From Scyliorhinus canicula (Eukaryota), in the NCBI RefSeq assembly GCF_902713615.1, contig NW_024055728.1, forward strand, positions 4,995,367 to 5,059,366: 64,000 bases of DNA, given 5' to 3'. A program made the translations under genes and the position numbers. Positions within the stretch are counted from its first letter, which is position 1. Each line of letters begins with the position of its first letter. Below are positions 1 through 12,069 of the stretch, piece by piece. The notes beneath the pieces are model-generated. The model was not told where the DNA came from. It worked only from the letters and a program-made list of their open reading frames with translations, and did not search any database.

Positions 1-97
1 CGCCCCCACAACCCAAAAATGTGCAGAGTAGGTGGGCCACGCTAAATTGCCCCTTAATTGGAAAAAATAATTGGGTAATCAAAATTTTAAAAAAACA
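1..97 (+). mobile_element. 3' end of an A-tailed V-SINE
   Basis: ccccacaacccaaaaatgtgcag...gctaaattgccccttaattggaaaaaa, shared with other copies in the window. Confidence 0.8.
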
Positions 98-767
98 ATA
101 GGGAATGATTGCGGATTCTGGAATCTGGAACAAACATAGGAAACTCTGCGCAGTCTCAGGAGGTCTGACAGCATCTGTGGAGAGGGAGTTCACGCCTTCA
201 TCCCTCTGTGTCAAAGGACGAAGACTGCACGAGCATCCATATCCCAGTTAATAACGCGCCTCCGGCCTTCCATGTCCGAGCCAATAATTGTATTTCCTGA
301 TTCCAGATATTCGGAATGAAACCGATATTAACCTACATTTTCTGATGTGCAGTAAGGACAATCTTCTCAGTTTCCAAATATCAGTTAATATCTTGAAACA
401 TTTTAGACAAGGGAAACATGGCTTCTCTGTCTATGGTCAGTCGGGTAGTTCACTCTGATTCTTCACTGATTCCCTTTCTCAAAGTGTTTCTGAACATTCA
501 CAAAACTGTAGATTGAGTTTCGTGCGTCGCTTATTTTCCATATTCTCCACGATCAACTGGCTCAATTTTCCAAATGTTGCACTCTACTAAATTATACACA
601 TGTTCCAGTAATATTATTATGGAACCTTGTTTAAGGTGTCCAAAACGTCTCTCTGGCGAAGCTGTAATTCGGCAGTGATAAAGTGTGAGGTTATGATTCA
701 TTCCAACTATTTCGTTGTTTGACAAGAAAATTCGTAGTTACCCGGTGCACGAAAGGTGAAGTATAGC

Positions 768-801
768 GCCTTGATCGTATCGTGGTTAGTACTGGGCGTT
801 G
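768..801 (+). pseudogene. 5' half of tRNA-His immediately upstream of the full copy
   Basis: GCCTTGATCGTATCGTGGTTAGTACTGGGCGTTG aligns with tRNA-His positions 1 to about 34. Confidence 0.75.
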
Positions 802-805
802 CATC

Positions 806-877
806 GCCGTGATAATAGAGTGGTTAGTATTCTGCTTTGTGGCCGCAGTAACCTCAGTTCGAATCCGAATCACGGCA
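806..877 (+). tRNA. tRNA-His(GUG), degenerate and probably a pseudogene
   Basis: GCCGTGATAATAGAGTGGTTAGTATTCTGCTTTGTGGCCGCAGTAACCTCAGTTCGAATCCGAATCACGGCA, 72 nt; about 8 substitutions against the vertebrate tRNA-His as I recall it; intact acceptor stem and B box, mispairs in the anticodon and T stems. Confidence 0.85.
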
Positions 878-1143
878 GCGATTATCTTGCTGTGTTTTCT
901 CCAAAGTCAACGCATTGGGAAAACAAACATTAATGTGCGTGATGGCGATTTTTTTTCCGGACAACATCGTTTCCTTAATCATGCTCCATAATTCAAACTG
1001 CTGTAAATAGAGAATCTCCTCAGCTAACCTACCATACTCCGGTTTTGTTTTTTAACTGTTATCTTAAATATTTATTTTCCAGTTGTTATCTTCTTCGAAG
1101 TTAAACCACTCTCCCAATTTCCTCTAACAACTTCTTCGGCGAC

Positions 1144-1241
1144 TCACCCGAAAATGTTTACACAAATCAATGCCCGCTTAACTTTTCCTTATTCACCCAA
1201 AAATGTTTAAACAAATCAATACCTGCTTAACCTTTCCTTAT
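1144..1241. repeat. Two-copy 49-bp tandem duplication
   Basis: tcacccgaaaatgtttacacaaatcaatgcccgcttaacttttccttat repeated with about 5 differences. Confidence 0.85.
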
Positions 1242-1888
1242 CCACAAGATAATAAATTCGCTTTCGATCATCTCTGGAAATAACCGAATTTACTGACACT
1301 TGGTCACGGGGCAGTGAGGACGGGTGCACAAAGATTTGAAAAACAGATCCAGCTGGCAGGGGAGTACATGGAAACGAAGCGACAGACGAAACTCAGTCTC
1401 CAGTTTTCTGAATGTTGCGTATGAAGGGTGAACTGCCCAACCAATCATAGGCAGACAAGGCACTTTTGCCTTGTTTAAAATGTTTCGAAAATCAACTATA
1501 TTTGGAAACAAAGAAGATTGTCCTGACTGTACATCTGAAAATACAGTTTGATATGGGCTTCATTCCGAATATCTGGAGGCAGAAAATACAAAAAACACAT
1601 CGAATGGATAAGTCTGAAGGAGGGTTAGTGACAGAGACGTTGTGTCTTGACAAAGAGTCACCCCGGGGCAAGAAAGACTATGCCCCACTGTGAATTGAAG
1701 GACATATGTAAATATGTAAGAAGCAGATCTAGAAGGAATAATACAGGGAGTAGTTGAATTGCCTTATTTGGAAAGGTGGAAATGTTATGTTTGTACACAT
1801 TGTAGCTCAGAAAAGTAACAGACGACTTGATCAAATGCTTTAAGGCCCTGCGCGACATTGACCGTGTGAGTGTGAAGATGCACTTTGA

Positions 1889-2225
1889 GAACATAGAACA
1901 TTACAGCACAGAACAGGCCCTTCGGCCCTCGATGTTGTGCCGAGCAATGATCACCCTACTCAAACCCACGTATCCACCCTATACCCGTAACCCAACAATC
2001 CCCCCCCCTTAACCTTACTTTTTAGAACACTACGGGCAATTTAGCATGGCCAATCCACCCGCACATCTTTGGACTGTGGGAGGAAACCGGAGCACCCGGA
2101 GGAAACCCACGCACACACGGGGAGGACATGCAGACTCCGCACAGACAGTGACCCAGCCGGCAATCGAACCTGGGACCCTGGAGCTGTGAAGCATTTATGC
2201 TAACCACCGTGCTACCGTGCTGCCC
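1889..2225 (-). mobile_element. Full-length HE1-type V-SINE with CR1-derived tail
   Basis: tRNA-like head with A/B boxes (TGGTTAGC, GGTTCGATT), V-domain ctccccgtgtgtgcgtgggtttcctccgggtgctccggtttcctcccacagtccaaag, tail gggcctgttctgtgctgtaatgttctatgttc. Confidence 0.9.
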
Positions 2226-2994
2226 ACTTCTCAGAGAATCTGTAGCTCATTTCTGACAGAAATTAGAAGAATTACCTTCATTCCGTTGTAGGGCCGAAGT
2301 CGGTGAGACCATTGTTCTTACAAGGAAAGTGTGTTAATATTTTCTGCAGGCGATGGAAATCTGTCAGAGCTGGGTACAGTCCTGAATAAAAAAAACGGGT
2401 GAAAAGTGATCGGTGGGAGGTACGTGTGATCGCGATAAAATCCGATCATTCTTGACCTCATTGAGTGTTGAAGCAGACTCGATGGGCCGAGTGGCCGACT
2501 GTTGCCTTTAATTTACATATTTATGTTGGTGTTGGGAATTTCGGCAGATGTCTAATGGTTGCACTTTATTTGGATTGTCTCCATCGATAATGTATCAACC
2601 AGCAATGAAAATCGGAAATGTTGGAAAAATTCAGCAAATCCGCATTTGCCCGTTGCTAGCCGGGGTGACTCTTTGTCAAGACACGACGTCTCTCTCGCAT
2701 CTGGATAGGGAGAGAGAAAAGCAGAGTAAAGTAAATGTCTCGAGCCCGTTTGAATCCTTTCATTTCAGATTTCCAGCCTCTGCAGAATTTTGCATCAATT
2801 CGTTTATTTCAGTCCGCTGTTCCTAATGGGCTGGATATATGTATATTAGACTGGAAATTAATATTGACGGAGTAACTGGGTGTGAACTGACTAATTAGCA
2901 GCAGAATGACAGCATTTGGCGCGTTTGATACTGAAACCGAGGAAAAAAACCTCAAATGAAGTGTAAAAACCAGTTCCTCTAAGGCTGTGCCCTT

Positions 2995-3150
2995 CCAATG
3001 GAAAATGTTCTCCCCATTCACTCTATCTAGGCGCCCCTCTATTCGATACATTTGAATGAGATCGCCCCTCATCCTTCTAAATTCCAGCAAGTACAGACCC
3101 AGATTCCTCCATCCTTGCTCATATGACAAGTCTTTCGTTCCGTTGATCAT
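2995..3150 (-). mobile_element. CR1 ORF2 3' fragment
   Basis: LSYEQ..RNLGLYLLEFRRMRGDLIQMYRI. Confidence 0.8.
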
Positions 3151-3329
3151 TTATCCCCTTTCAATCCTTTGAGTTTCCCCAGCACCATCCTCCAGGCCGG
3201 AATAAAATATGGCCAGATATAAAAAGGTCTGGTGGTCGTATCCGATGTTAAGTGTTTAATCTATATGTCCATGGCCGTTACTGCTATATTGTCGACGATC
3301 ACATGTCATTGAAAACTATTCGTTCAAAC

Positions 3330-4370
3330 CAGGCAGTCACTCCAACAACTTCTGCAAAGATCATTTGTGTCCAATTACGGGATCCCCTTTACAAGTGAAG
3401 AGATGGCCACTTTTGTGAAGAGCAACAGGATGTGTCATGTCCATGCCCTTACCATCTGTCATCCAATCATTTGGCAGGGAGGGCAGTCTAGGTGGTTAAA
3501 CGGGGACGGAAGAAACAGACGTCTGGCTGAATGGACACATTGTTTACTCTCGTACAGGACCACGCCACACGCAGTAACTGAAGTACCCGTCACTGAGATG
3601 TTAATGGCTTGTTGGCTTCTTACCTGACTGGATTGCATCGGTGAGAATTTGCGCCATAACCAACATTATCAATGCCGTTGTCCAGATCGAAGTCCGCCCC
3701 TTCGAAACGTCATACCTGATGACGCAGTGTTCTTTCCGAACTTCAGCAATGGTGGTCGCTGACGCTTGAGGTTGGCGTCTGTCAACGGGACCAGTCTCCT
3801 GCCAATTCCGGGTCCATGAGAAACTGATGGAGAGACACGTGGGTCTCATTCTCTCAGGGCGGTTACTTCATTGTGACTTGCCTCGGTGGGCAACTCCCTG
3901 GAACCTGCGGCTCTATTGCCGAACCAGCTGCTCTGATACCTCCAGTCTCTCTCCAGGCCGAAATGGCCGACGTTGTGTCGTCCGACTCCGACATGGAGAC
4001 TCAGACCTCAATGGTCTCGGATGCCGACTCCGTGTTCAGCCTTCTCTGGCTGTTCTGCCGCAGAACGCGTCCATCACCGTGGTGGACACCAACATTTCTG
4101 GTGCATCAGCTCCATCAGGACGTACAGGAGACGAACAGGCTTCGCCCCTCTTTCTCAGTCTCATCGCTTGATGAAGGCAGCTTCGGAGTCTGAGGGGAGG
4201 AATGTAATATCCGGCATGGGATCTGCTGGGAGCAACTGATTGTCTTCTCCGTCCTTCTTGCAGAATATGATCGAATTGCACCTTCTCCTGAGCTGCCGCC
4301 ATGCTGTGTCGCAGTACTTAGAATGTACAATTCCAATCCTTCACCCACTCCCTGAAATATCACATCACAC
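3330..4370 (+). mobile_element. Decayed Ty3/Gypsy LTR retrotransposon 3' part (integrase core, PPT, probable 3' LTR)
   Basis: SNYGIPFTSEE (SDNG.PFTS.EF-like), LLSYRTTPHAVT...EMLM and TGPVS remnants with frameshifts; purine tract GAGGGGAGGAA at 4192-4202 directly before TGTAAT at 4203. Confidence 0.75.
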
Positions 4371-4709
4371 CCTCTTAAACAGGTAAACGTTTGAAAAGCG
4401 TATAGCGTTTCTGCCCCCCAACCCCTACAAACTTTGACTCCGGTACTGAGCGAGCAGAGACCTCAGTGAAAGTTTGAGGGTTGGAACGTTCTCCCTCTCA
4501 GTCCAAATTGATCCTCCGCTTATTATGAGGATGTTCTGGTATTTCAATATTCAGCAACCGTAAGCACAATTCTGTCACGGTCTGCTCCGATCATCCCCAG
4601 AATAATATTGAATGTTCCAATGAGATCATTGTGCCATTCTTCAAAAAGGCAGAGACATGGAACTGACTGTCTCAGACTGTCTGTATAGCAGACATTCTCA
4701 GTCCAATGC

Positions 4710-4987
4710 CTCCACTGCCTGTGCGGAGTCTGCACATCCTCCCCGTGTGTGCGTGAGTTTCCTCCGGGTGCTCCGGTTTCCTCCCACAGTCCAAAGATGT
4801 GCCGGTTAGGGTGGATTGGACATGATAAATTGCACTTACTGTCCAAAATTGCCCTTAGTGTTGGGTGGGGTTACTGGGTTATGGGGATAGGGTGGAGGTG
4901 TTAACCTTAGGTGGGGTGCTCTTTCCAGGCACCGGTGCAGACTCGATGGGCCGAATGGCCTCCTTCGGCACTGTAAATTCTATGATT
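4710..4987 (+). mobile_element. 5'-truncated HE1-type V-SINE
   Basis: V-domain plus tail gactcgatgggccgaatggcctcc...ctgtaaattctatgattc. Confidence 0.85.
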
Positions 4988-5857
4988 CAGTGGATAATTG
5001 TTGGGTTGCCTGTGTTGCCAGAGCGTCCTGACTTAAATACGGACACCAACATTTTCACAGCAAGTTCCCAGTTTGGTGTCACAAAGGTTAATTAAGTAGG
5101 AGGGGAAAATGTACTCAAGATCCATTGTAATGAAGTTTGAATACGTCGTCTGACTTACTATTTGCGTTTCATACGGGCATACTACTTTCCTCAGCAAGAA
5201 TGAGAGAGAGGGGGGGGGGGGGCACTGGGCCGGGGGTGGCACTGGAGTGGGAACGACAGATGAGAGCGATAGATAAATGGTGCCATTGTAAACGCAATGA
5301 CAACAGGGGCCGTGTATCCTCGCCTCAAACTGATAAGTGATTGCCAGGACTAAGAAGCGATGAAATGTAGTGGCGACTGTCTTCCTGGTATTAACATGAC
5401 TCTGGTAAATGGCCCTTAGCAGAGGGTTGGAGGGAGTTTAAGTACCGTTTCACTGGCAGGAAGCAACACCCAGCTACAGAGAAGCTAAAGCCCAGGTCGT
5501 GGAAGCGCGGAGAAAGTACTGCACACGTCCCTCGGCAGAACCTTTGGATTCAAGCATGGATTTCGAAGGTCTCATGTACTCAGCCGGCGCGCGTTCACCG
5601 ACATTTCAGTCAGCGCAGCTCACCCTCCCAACTGAACATCTGAAATTGCAGAGCCCCCTCCAGAACGGTGTGTGTGGGACTGCAGCATTGTCTCCCTGTA
5701 GCTCTCAGAATACATTGCAATATCCAGACGACCAGGCCAACAGTTTATTATTCCGTCAGCACTGACACTCCAGTTACAGGTCACAAACAATACTGACAAC
5801 TCTGGTCTAATTCAGTCCCCACCCTTCGTCGATGTCACAATGCCTCAGATGTGAACA

Positions 5858-6422
5858 TCAGTGCCTCACTCCAACATCATTGACCCTCCCGCAGTGCCGC
5901 ACTCCAACATCATTGAACCCCCCGCAGTGCCGCAGTCCCACAGCATTGACCCTCCCGCAGTGCCGCACTCCCACAGCATTGACCCTCCCGCAGTGCCACA
6001 GATCTACAGCATTGACCCTCCCGTGGTGCCGCACCCCACAGGCCCGACCCGCCCTCAGTGCCGCATTCCCACAGCATTGATCGCCCCACAGTGCTGCACT
6101 CCCACAGCACCGACCCTCTCGCAGTGCCGCAGTCCCACAGCATTGATCGCCCCACAGTGCTGCAGTCCCACAGCATTGACCCTGCCGCAGTGCCGCACCC
6201 AGAGCATTGACCCTCCCGCAGTGCCGCACTCCCACAGCATTGACCCTGCCGCAGTGCCGCACCCAGAGCATTAACCCTCCCGCAGTGCCGCAGTCCCACA
6301 GCATTTACCCTCCCGCATTGCCGCACTCTCACATCATTGAACCTCCCGCAGTCCCGCACGCCGACCGCATTGACTCTCCCGCAGTGCTGCACTCCTACAG
6401 CATTGACCCTCCCGCAGTGTTG
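5858..6422. repeat. 33-bp minisatellite, about 17 units (cagtgccgcactcccacagcattgaccctcccg)
   Basis: Visible tandem units; the 11-aa periodic ORFs in several frames are a by-product; decayed related units continue to about 6900. Confidence 0.95.
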
Positions 6423-7320
6423 ATCTCGCGCTGACCCCACTCTGTTTTTGTACTGACCCTGTGCAGAGCAGATACAGAGTACTTACCCTCTGACTGTGAT
6501 TGCCCAACTGCCCAATCCTCCAATGAAAGCGTGGCACTGACGCACACCTGTCCCTCCAACATTGTATTGGTTGCCCTTTACTATCAACCCGACAGATAAG
6601 TATTTCCAAGATGCTGACAGTTACATGATGGTGTGCTCTCACAGTATGGATCGTCCAACAGTGTAGATCGGAATAGTTAACGCCACTCAAAGTCATTCCT
6701 CTGCCGACAATTAGATCTCAATCACCAATGATTCTCTTCAAGAGCAGAACTTCCTCTATGCTAACCCGTAGGCAGTGCAATCTCCCCTCAGTACTGAGCC
6801 TGTGACAGGCGAGCGCCCTGTCACTTCTGAGTATCTGAGTGCAGCACTTGCTCCGGACTGACTGTTGGACAGTGCACTGCTCCATCAGTGAGGTCCCAAT
6901 GTTAGCCTCGAAATTAACTGCTGTATTTATGAAACTGTGTAATGCTACTTCTGTATGATATGTGAGGCCGGAATCTGTTTTAATCCATTATAAATATTGA
7001 CAACCAGACACTTTGCTTTGCGTCTGCAGACACCAATAGGCCGCCCAAGGTAAGGATTTGTGAGTATCCTGTGATATCTGTGATATGGCGTGTATTTTCA
7101 AGGACAAACATTACAATTTATTGTTCACTGCTATTGATGTGGATGACCTCGGATTGAATGATTACTACACACTCAATGAGTTGTTTTTGTCTTATACACT
7201 GAACCATAAACGTCCCATAGCCCATCGTTTTAGTGCGTTAAATCTAGCCCCGTCTCATCCCAACTCGATAACAGCTGATGATCTGGATCTGTTAATTAGA
7301 ATAAGGCATCATATTTCTGT

Positions 7321-7553
7321 TTGGGGGCAGCACGGTGGCACAGTGGTTAGCATTGCAGCCTACGGCGCTGAGGATCCGTGTTCGAATCCCGGCTCTAGGT
7401 CACTGTCCGTGAGGAGTTTGCACATTCTCCCAGTGTCTGCGTGGGTTTCACCCCCACAACCCAAATAATGTGCAGGATAGGTGGATTGGCCACATTAAAT
7501 TGCCCCTTAATTGGGAAAAATAATTGGATACTCTAAATTTATATATTTTTTTA
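7321..7553 (+). mobile_element. Short V-SINE with AT-rich tail and 10-bp TSD
   Basis: TSD ATATTTCTGT at 7311-7320 and 7554-7563; tRNA head and shortened V-domain. Confidence 0.9.
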
Positions 7554-7744
7554 ATATTTCTGTGTGCGATTTCTCACACGAACAATGAGCGTGCTATGTT
7601 TGTTCTCTATCGCCTGGCTTGGATATTAGTGGGTAACAACCAGCCGTAGCTGGTGAACTCATGACTGATTCATCAAATGACTGTAGCGCTCTGTTTGTGG
7701 TGCCTTCACAGTCTCCAATTTTGGTCTATCATTATTCCTTTGTA

Positions 7745-8047
7745 TTATAGAATTCCTGCAGTGCCGTTCGTCCCACCGAGTCTGCACCGGCAGGCTTGGA
7801 AATAGCACCCGAGGAGAGAGCACCCTACTTGAGCCCACCTCGTAACTCTGTAATCCAATCTAACCTTTTGGTAACGTTCGGGGTCAATTTAGCATGCCCA
7901 ATGCACCTAACCTGCACCTTTCTCAACTGTGGAAAAGACGAGAACCCGGAGAGAAACTGCAAACCACACAGTCACCGGAGACCTGAATTGAAGACTGGTC
8001 CCCGGGCCAGTAATGTACTCATGGGAGCTGTGATAACCATGCTGCCA
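7745..8047 (-). mobile_element. Degenerate HE1-type V-SINE
   Basis: tagaattcctgcagtgc...caatttagcatgcccaatgcacctaacctgcac. Confidence 0.7.
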
Positions 8048-9049
8048 ACGTGCCGGATGATGAGCTAACTGTATTTCCCCCAGCCTGTTTGTGATGACCC
8101 CTTGTTTGATCAGTTCCGTGTGTATAATTAACCTCATCGCCGATCAGCTAGGTATATGAGATTGCTCCCTTGGGAAATGTCGACTTGCGGGGATGTGATC
8201 TTTCAGCCTTGCTTGATTCCCCTCCATTTAAATAAGAACACTTCGTCCTTATTGTTTTTAGAATTTCCTCTAACGGGAAGGTTTGATGAATTGCTGCTGA
8301 GCAGATGATCCGCATTGTTGCCTCTGGGAGTATGCTTTGCATGTGATGAGCGCCAAGAGAGGTGCGCTGCCGAATAGTTTGAACATTCATTGGACCTTCT
8401 ATGTTTTTATTATTAGCTCCAGTATCTGATTTGACTGATTACTGTTTATTACATTCGTAGGGCTTTAGTTAACCGGAATTCTGACATAATCATAGGCAAA
8501 GTGAATGATCAATAGCGCTTTTGAAGTTGGGAGTATTGTTTTTCACTCCAATGAATTTGAGATAATGTATTTCTTATAGCTATGGCGGTTTTACACGATG
8601 GAAAGATTCACTTATATCAACATCAAATTATGTTAACTAAATCTGAGACTATGATGTAGAACTGCAGAGATTATGATTGATGTGATGACCTGGAAAAGTA
8701 AGGTTTAATGATGGATGTTTCTTTTTTGATAGTAGGACAGGAGGAGATGTCACTGATTTGAAACAACATTTTGTATTAATGTGTTTAGCCGCCATTAGTC
8801 TGCAGCAGGCTGTGGTCATTCAGTAGAGCGCGGTGTTGGAAGTCATAATACATGGAAAACAAATATTTATTGCTGGTTCAAACCAATCTTCACCACAAGT
8901 GAAATCAAGAAAAAAAAGTGGTTACAAAATTAAGTTCGAATAAACACCATTAATTCATGTCAGCTCGAGAAACAAATACTTTTTTTAGATTCACTCATGC
9001 AAAGCAGCTTTACAATGGACAGTGGAATACTCAATTTCAAGTTTAAAAC

Positions 9050-11720
9050 TTCCAAACTGAACATCCAGGAGTATTCAAAAATTAGGAAGTACAGACAATA
9101 AGAAAAATGAGTTGGAGGGGGAATTGTTTGTGAAGGAGAAAACCAGTCCAATAGTGAGTAACAATATATATACTCCAGGAATCCTGATTTGGAAGTTGCA
9201 CGGTGGAGGTTAGAAATAGCAAGGTGCACAGAATTCTTTCGAGTGTTGCCTTCCGGCCCCTAAACAGCATTTGGGGTGAAAGCGAAGCTATTATATAAGA
9301 AATCAGTGAATAATTCAACACATCTAAAATTGTAATCATTGGTCACTTTAATTTACAGCGATTGGGGAAATCTAATCAGCATTGGAACAGGGGAGGGGGA
9401 ATTACTGAAGTGTTTACCAGGTGATTTTATAGACCAAAATGTTGGTGAATCAACCCGCTAACTGACTATTCATGTCGGTGAATCGACCCGCTAACTGACT
9501 ATTCTAGACTGGGCTCTGTGCAATGGGAAACGATTAATTAACAATCTAGTGCTGTGGGTTCCCTTGGCGGAGTATAACTCGAATGTGTTCCATGTATTCA
9601 TTAAGATGGAGAGTGAAGTCGTGGAATCAGGAACTCGGATCCTGAATCTCAATGATGGCACATACGAGGATATTATTGACAAAGATAGATTGGGAAATCT
9701 TACTAAAATGGTTGATGGTAGATACACAATGGTTCAAGTTGAAAGCACGTCTGCCTGTATGGCAACAATTATTAATTCCTGTCTTGCGCAAAGAAAAGCA
9801 AAAGCAGACACGTGACTCAACATTGGCTCACTGAAGAAAGTAGGGGTAATATTAAATCCAAAGCATATATATATATTATCGTCAGGGGAGTAAAATAACG
9901 AGCCTCAGGTTTGGGAACATTTAAATAAAAGAGGACGAATAAAGAATTCAATAAATGAGGGGAAACATGACCAAGAGAGGAAATGAGGATAACAGTAAAT
10001 TTGCAGGTAACACAGAAATTGACTGAATCGGGTTCTGTGAATATGTGATGAGAAAATGCTTAAAGACCAGTGTCGGTGCAGACAGAAGCAGTGGAAATTC
10101 TAATTATGAACGATGAAATGGCAAAAGAATTACACCCTTTGCTTGTGTCATGGTAGCGAGATAATGGTCCAGTAAAGGAGCTGATCTGAAGAAAATCAGA
10201 GTTAGTAAGACACGGGTGTTTGGGATTCGTAGTGGGTAAAATGAACCCATCACCAGGGTCTAATAGTCTACATCCTAGTATATTACAGGAAATGGACCTG
10301 GAAATATTGGATGTATTGATGGCCATTTTCCAAATGTTTACAGACTTTGAATACAGATTAGAGTATGGCAAATGTAATCTCAGCAATTAAAAGGGAGGAA
10401 GAAGAAAGAAAAATATAATCACAGACCAGTTAGTCTGATATCAGAAGACGTAATGCTCGAGTCTATTATAAAATAAGTGATATGAGAGCACTTGGACAGG
10501 ATGAACGTGATTGGACAAAACTACCATCGGTGTATGAAACGCAATTCATGCCTAACCACTGGATATGTTTGAGGATGGAACCACTAGCGAAGATAAGGCA
10601 GAGCCAGTGGATGTAATATATACGGGCATTCAGATTACATTGGGTAAAGTCCCTCATAAGTTTTTAGTGGCAAAATTAAAACAGCTGGATTATGGAATAA
10701 TGTCTTTGACTGTTTTTTTTTAAATTTAGAGTACCTAATTCATTTTACCACTTAATGGGTAATTTAGCGGCGCCAATCCATTTACTGTGCACATCATTGT
10801 GATGTGTGGGCGAAATCCATGCAAAAACAGGGAGAATGTGCAAACTCCACACGGACAGTGACCCAGAGTCGAACCTGGGACAATGGCACTGTGAGGCAGC
10901 AATGCGAACCACTGCGCCACTGTGCTGTACCCGGGTAATGTTTTTGAATGGACAGAGACTTGGTTGACAGACAGGAAACAGGGTGGGAATAAATGTGCCT
11001 TTTCCGATTAGCAGGCAATGACAAGTGTGGTACCGCATGTGTCTTTGTTTGGGCCCCAGCTGTTCACGATGTATATAAATGACCTGTGTGGTGAGACAAA
11101 GTGTACCATTTCTAAGGTTTTTGACGGCACAAAATAAGGCGTAGATATGAGTTGTGAGTAAGATGCAAGGAGAATAATTATTTGACACAAGTTCAGCAAG
11201 TTAGCAGAGAAGGCCATTCGCCCCATAGACTCTGCAACGACCATTTGAAAGAGCACTCTGACAGGCTCAAACCCCGCCCCATCGTTGTAGCTCATCCTAA
11301 AAAACATCTTCGGAACCTGAGAGCACGCAGGCACGGGGGAAACGTTCAATACCACCTAAAGTGCACATCTTTAGAAGCACGCAGATGGAGCGGGGGGACA
11401 TGCAAACTCCACACAGTTAGTCAACCAATGCTTGAATCGAGCATTCGTTCTGGCAGTGTGAGTGAGCCGTGCTAACTGTTGTGCTGGACTGCTCTTGTTG
11501 AGGAGTACAAAATTAGGGTACACAGTATCTGAGTACGTGATAATTTAGGCCACACGCCTGTCACATGCCTGGTATGAGGAAAAATTGTTTCACTAAAAGG
11601 TTAGCGAAACTGCCGAGTTCTCAAAACGGGAATGTGGAATTGAGGGTCAGCCATGATCTTATTGAATAACTGAGCAGATGCAAAGGTCCGAATGGCATCC
11701 TTCTGATCCCATTTTCTGTG
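9050..11720 (+). mobile_element. Old, heavily decayed CR1 LINE interrupted by SINEs at 10713-10930 and about 11180-11490
   Basis: Remnants of endonuclease (..GHFN), SPG.D..HP, RPVSL and RT motifs with many stops; CR1-type 3' tail near 11650-11720. Confidence 0.75.
10713..10930 (-). mobile_element. A-tailed short V-SINE with about 15-bp TSD
   Basis: taatgtctttgactg (10698-10712) versus taatgtttttgaatg (10936-10950). Confidence 0.85.
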
Positions 11721-11924
11721 TCCCTTTGAAATGTCAGTGAAACGCTGGTTCATTAAGACAACAAGTCGTGAATCTCAGTACTCCACACATTCTTATTTGA
11801 TATTTAATAAACTAAATCAGATCTTTTATCGTGAAATGTCAGATTATTGTCATGGCCATTTTGTTGGAAATTTTTGGGTTATTTTCATTTGTTTAAAACT
11901 GAACATTCGCGCAGGTTAGATAGG

Positions 11925-12066
11925 TAGACAGAGCAATACAGCGCAGAACAGGCCCTTCGGCCGACGATGTTGTGCCGAACTTTTGTCGTTGGTCAATCAT
12001 AGAATTTTGGACACTAAGGTCAATTTATCATGGCCAATCCACCTAACCTGCACATCTTTGGACTGA
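11925..12066 (-). mobile_element. V-SINE 3' fragments
   Basis: gaacaggcccttcggccgacgatgttgtgccg and caatttatcatggccaatccacctaacctgcacatctttggactg. Confidence 0.7.
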
Positions 12067-12069
12067 GGT

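Noticed and set aside
1889-2225. SINE heads as tRNA genes
   Set aside because: A and B boxes are present but there is no full cloverleaf, and they continue into V-domain and LINE-derived tails
3827-4363. Cluster of overlapping ORFs as a host gene
   Set aside because: They lie in the post-integrase region and LTR of a decayed Gypsy element
5832-6440. Cys-rich repetitive ORFs on both strands, or a CRISPR-like array
   Set aside because: Contiguous 33-bp tandem units with no unique spacers; open frames follow from the unit length being a multiple of 3
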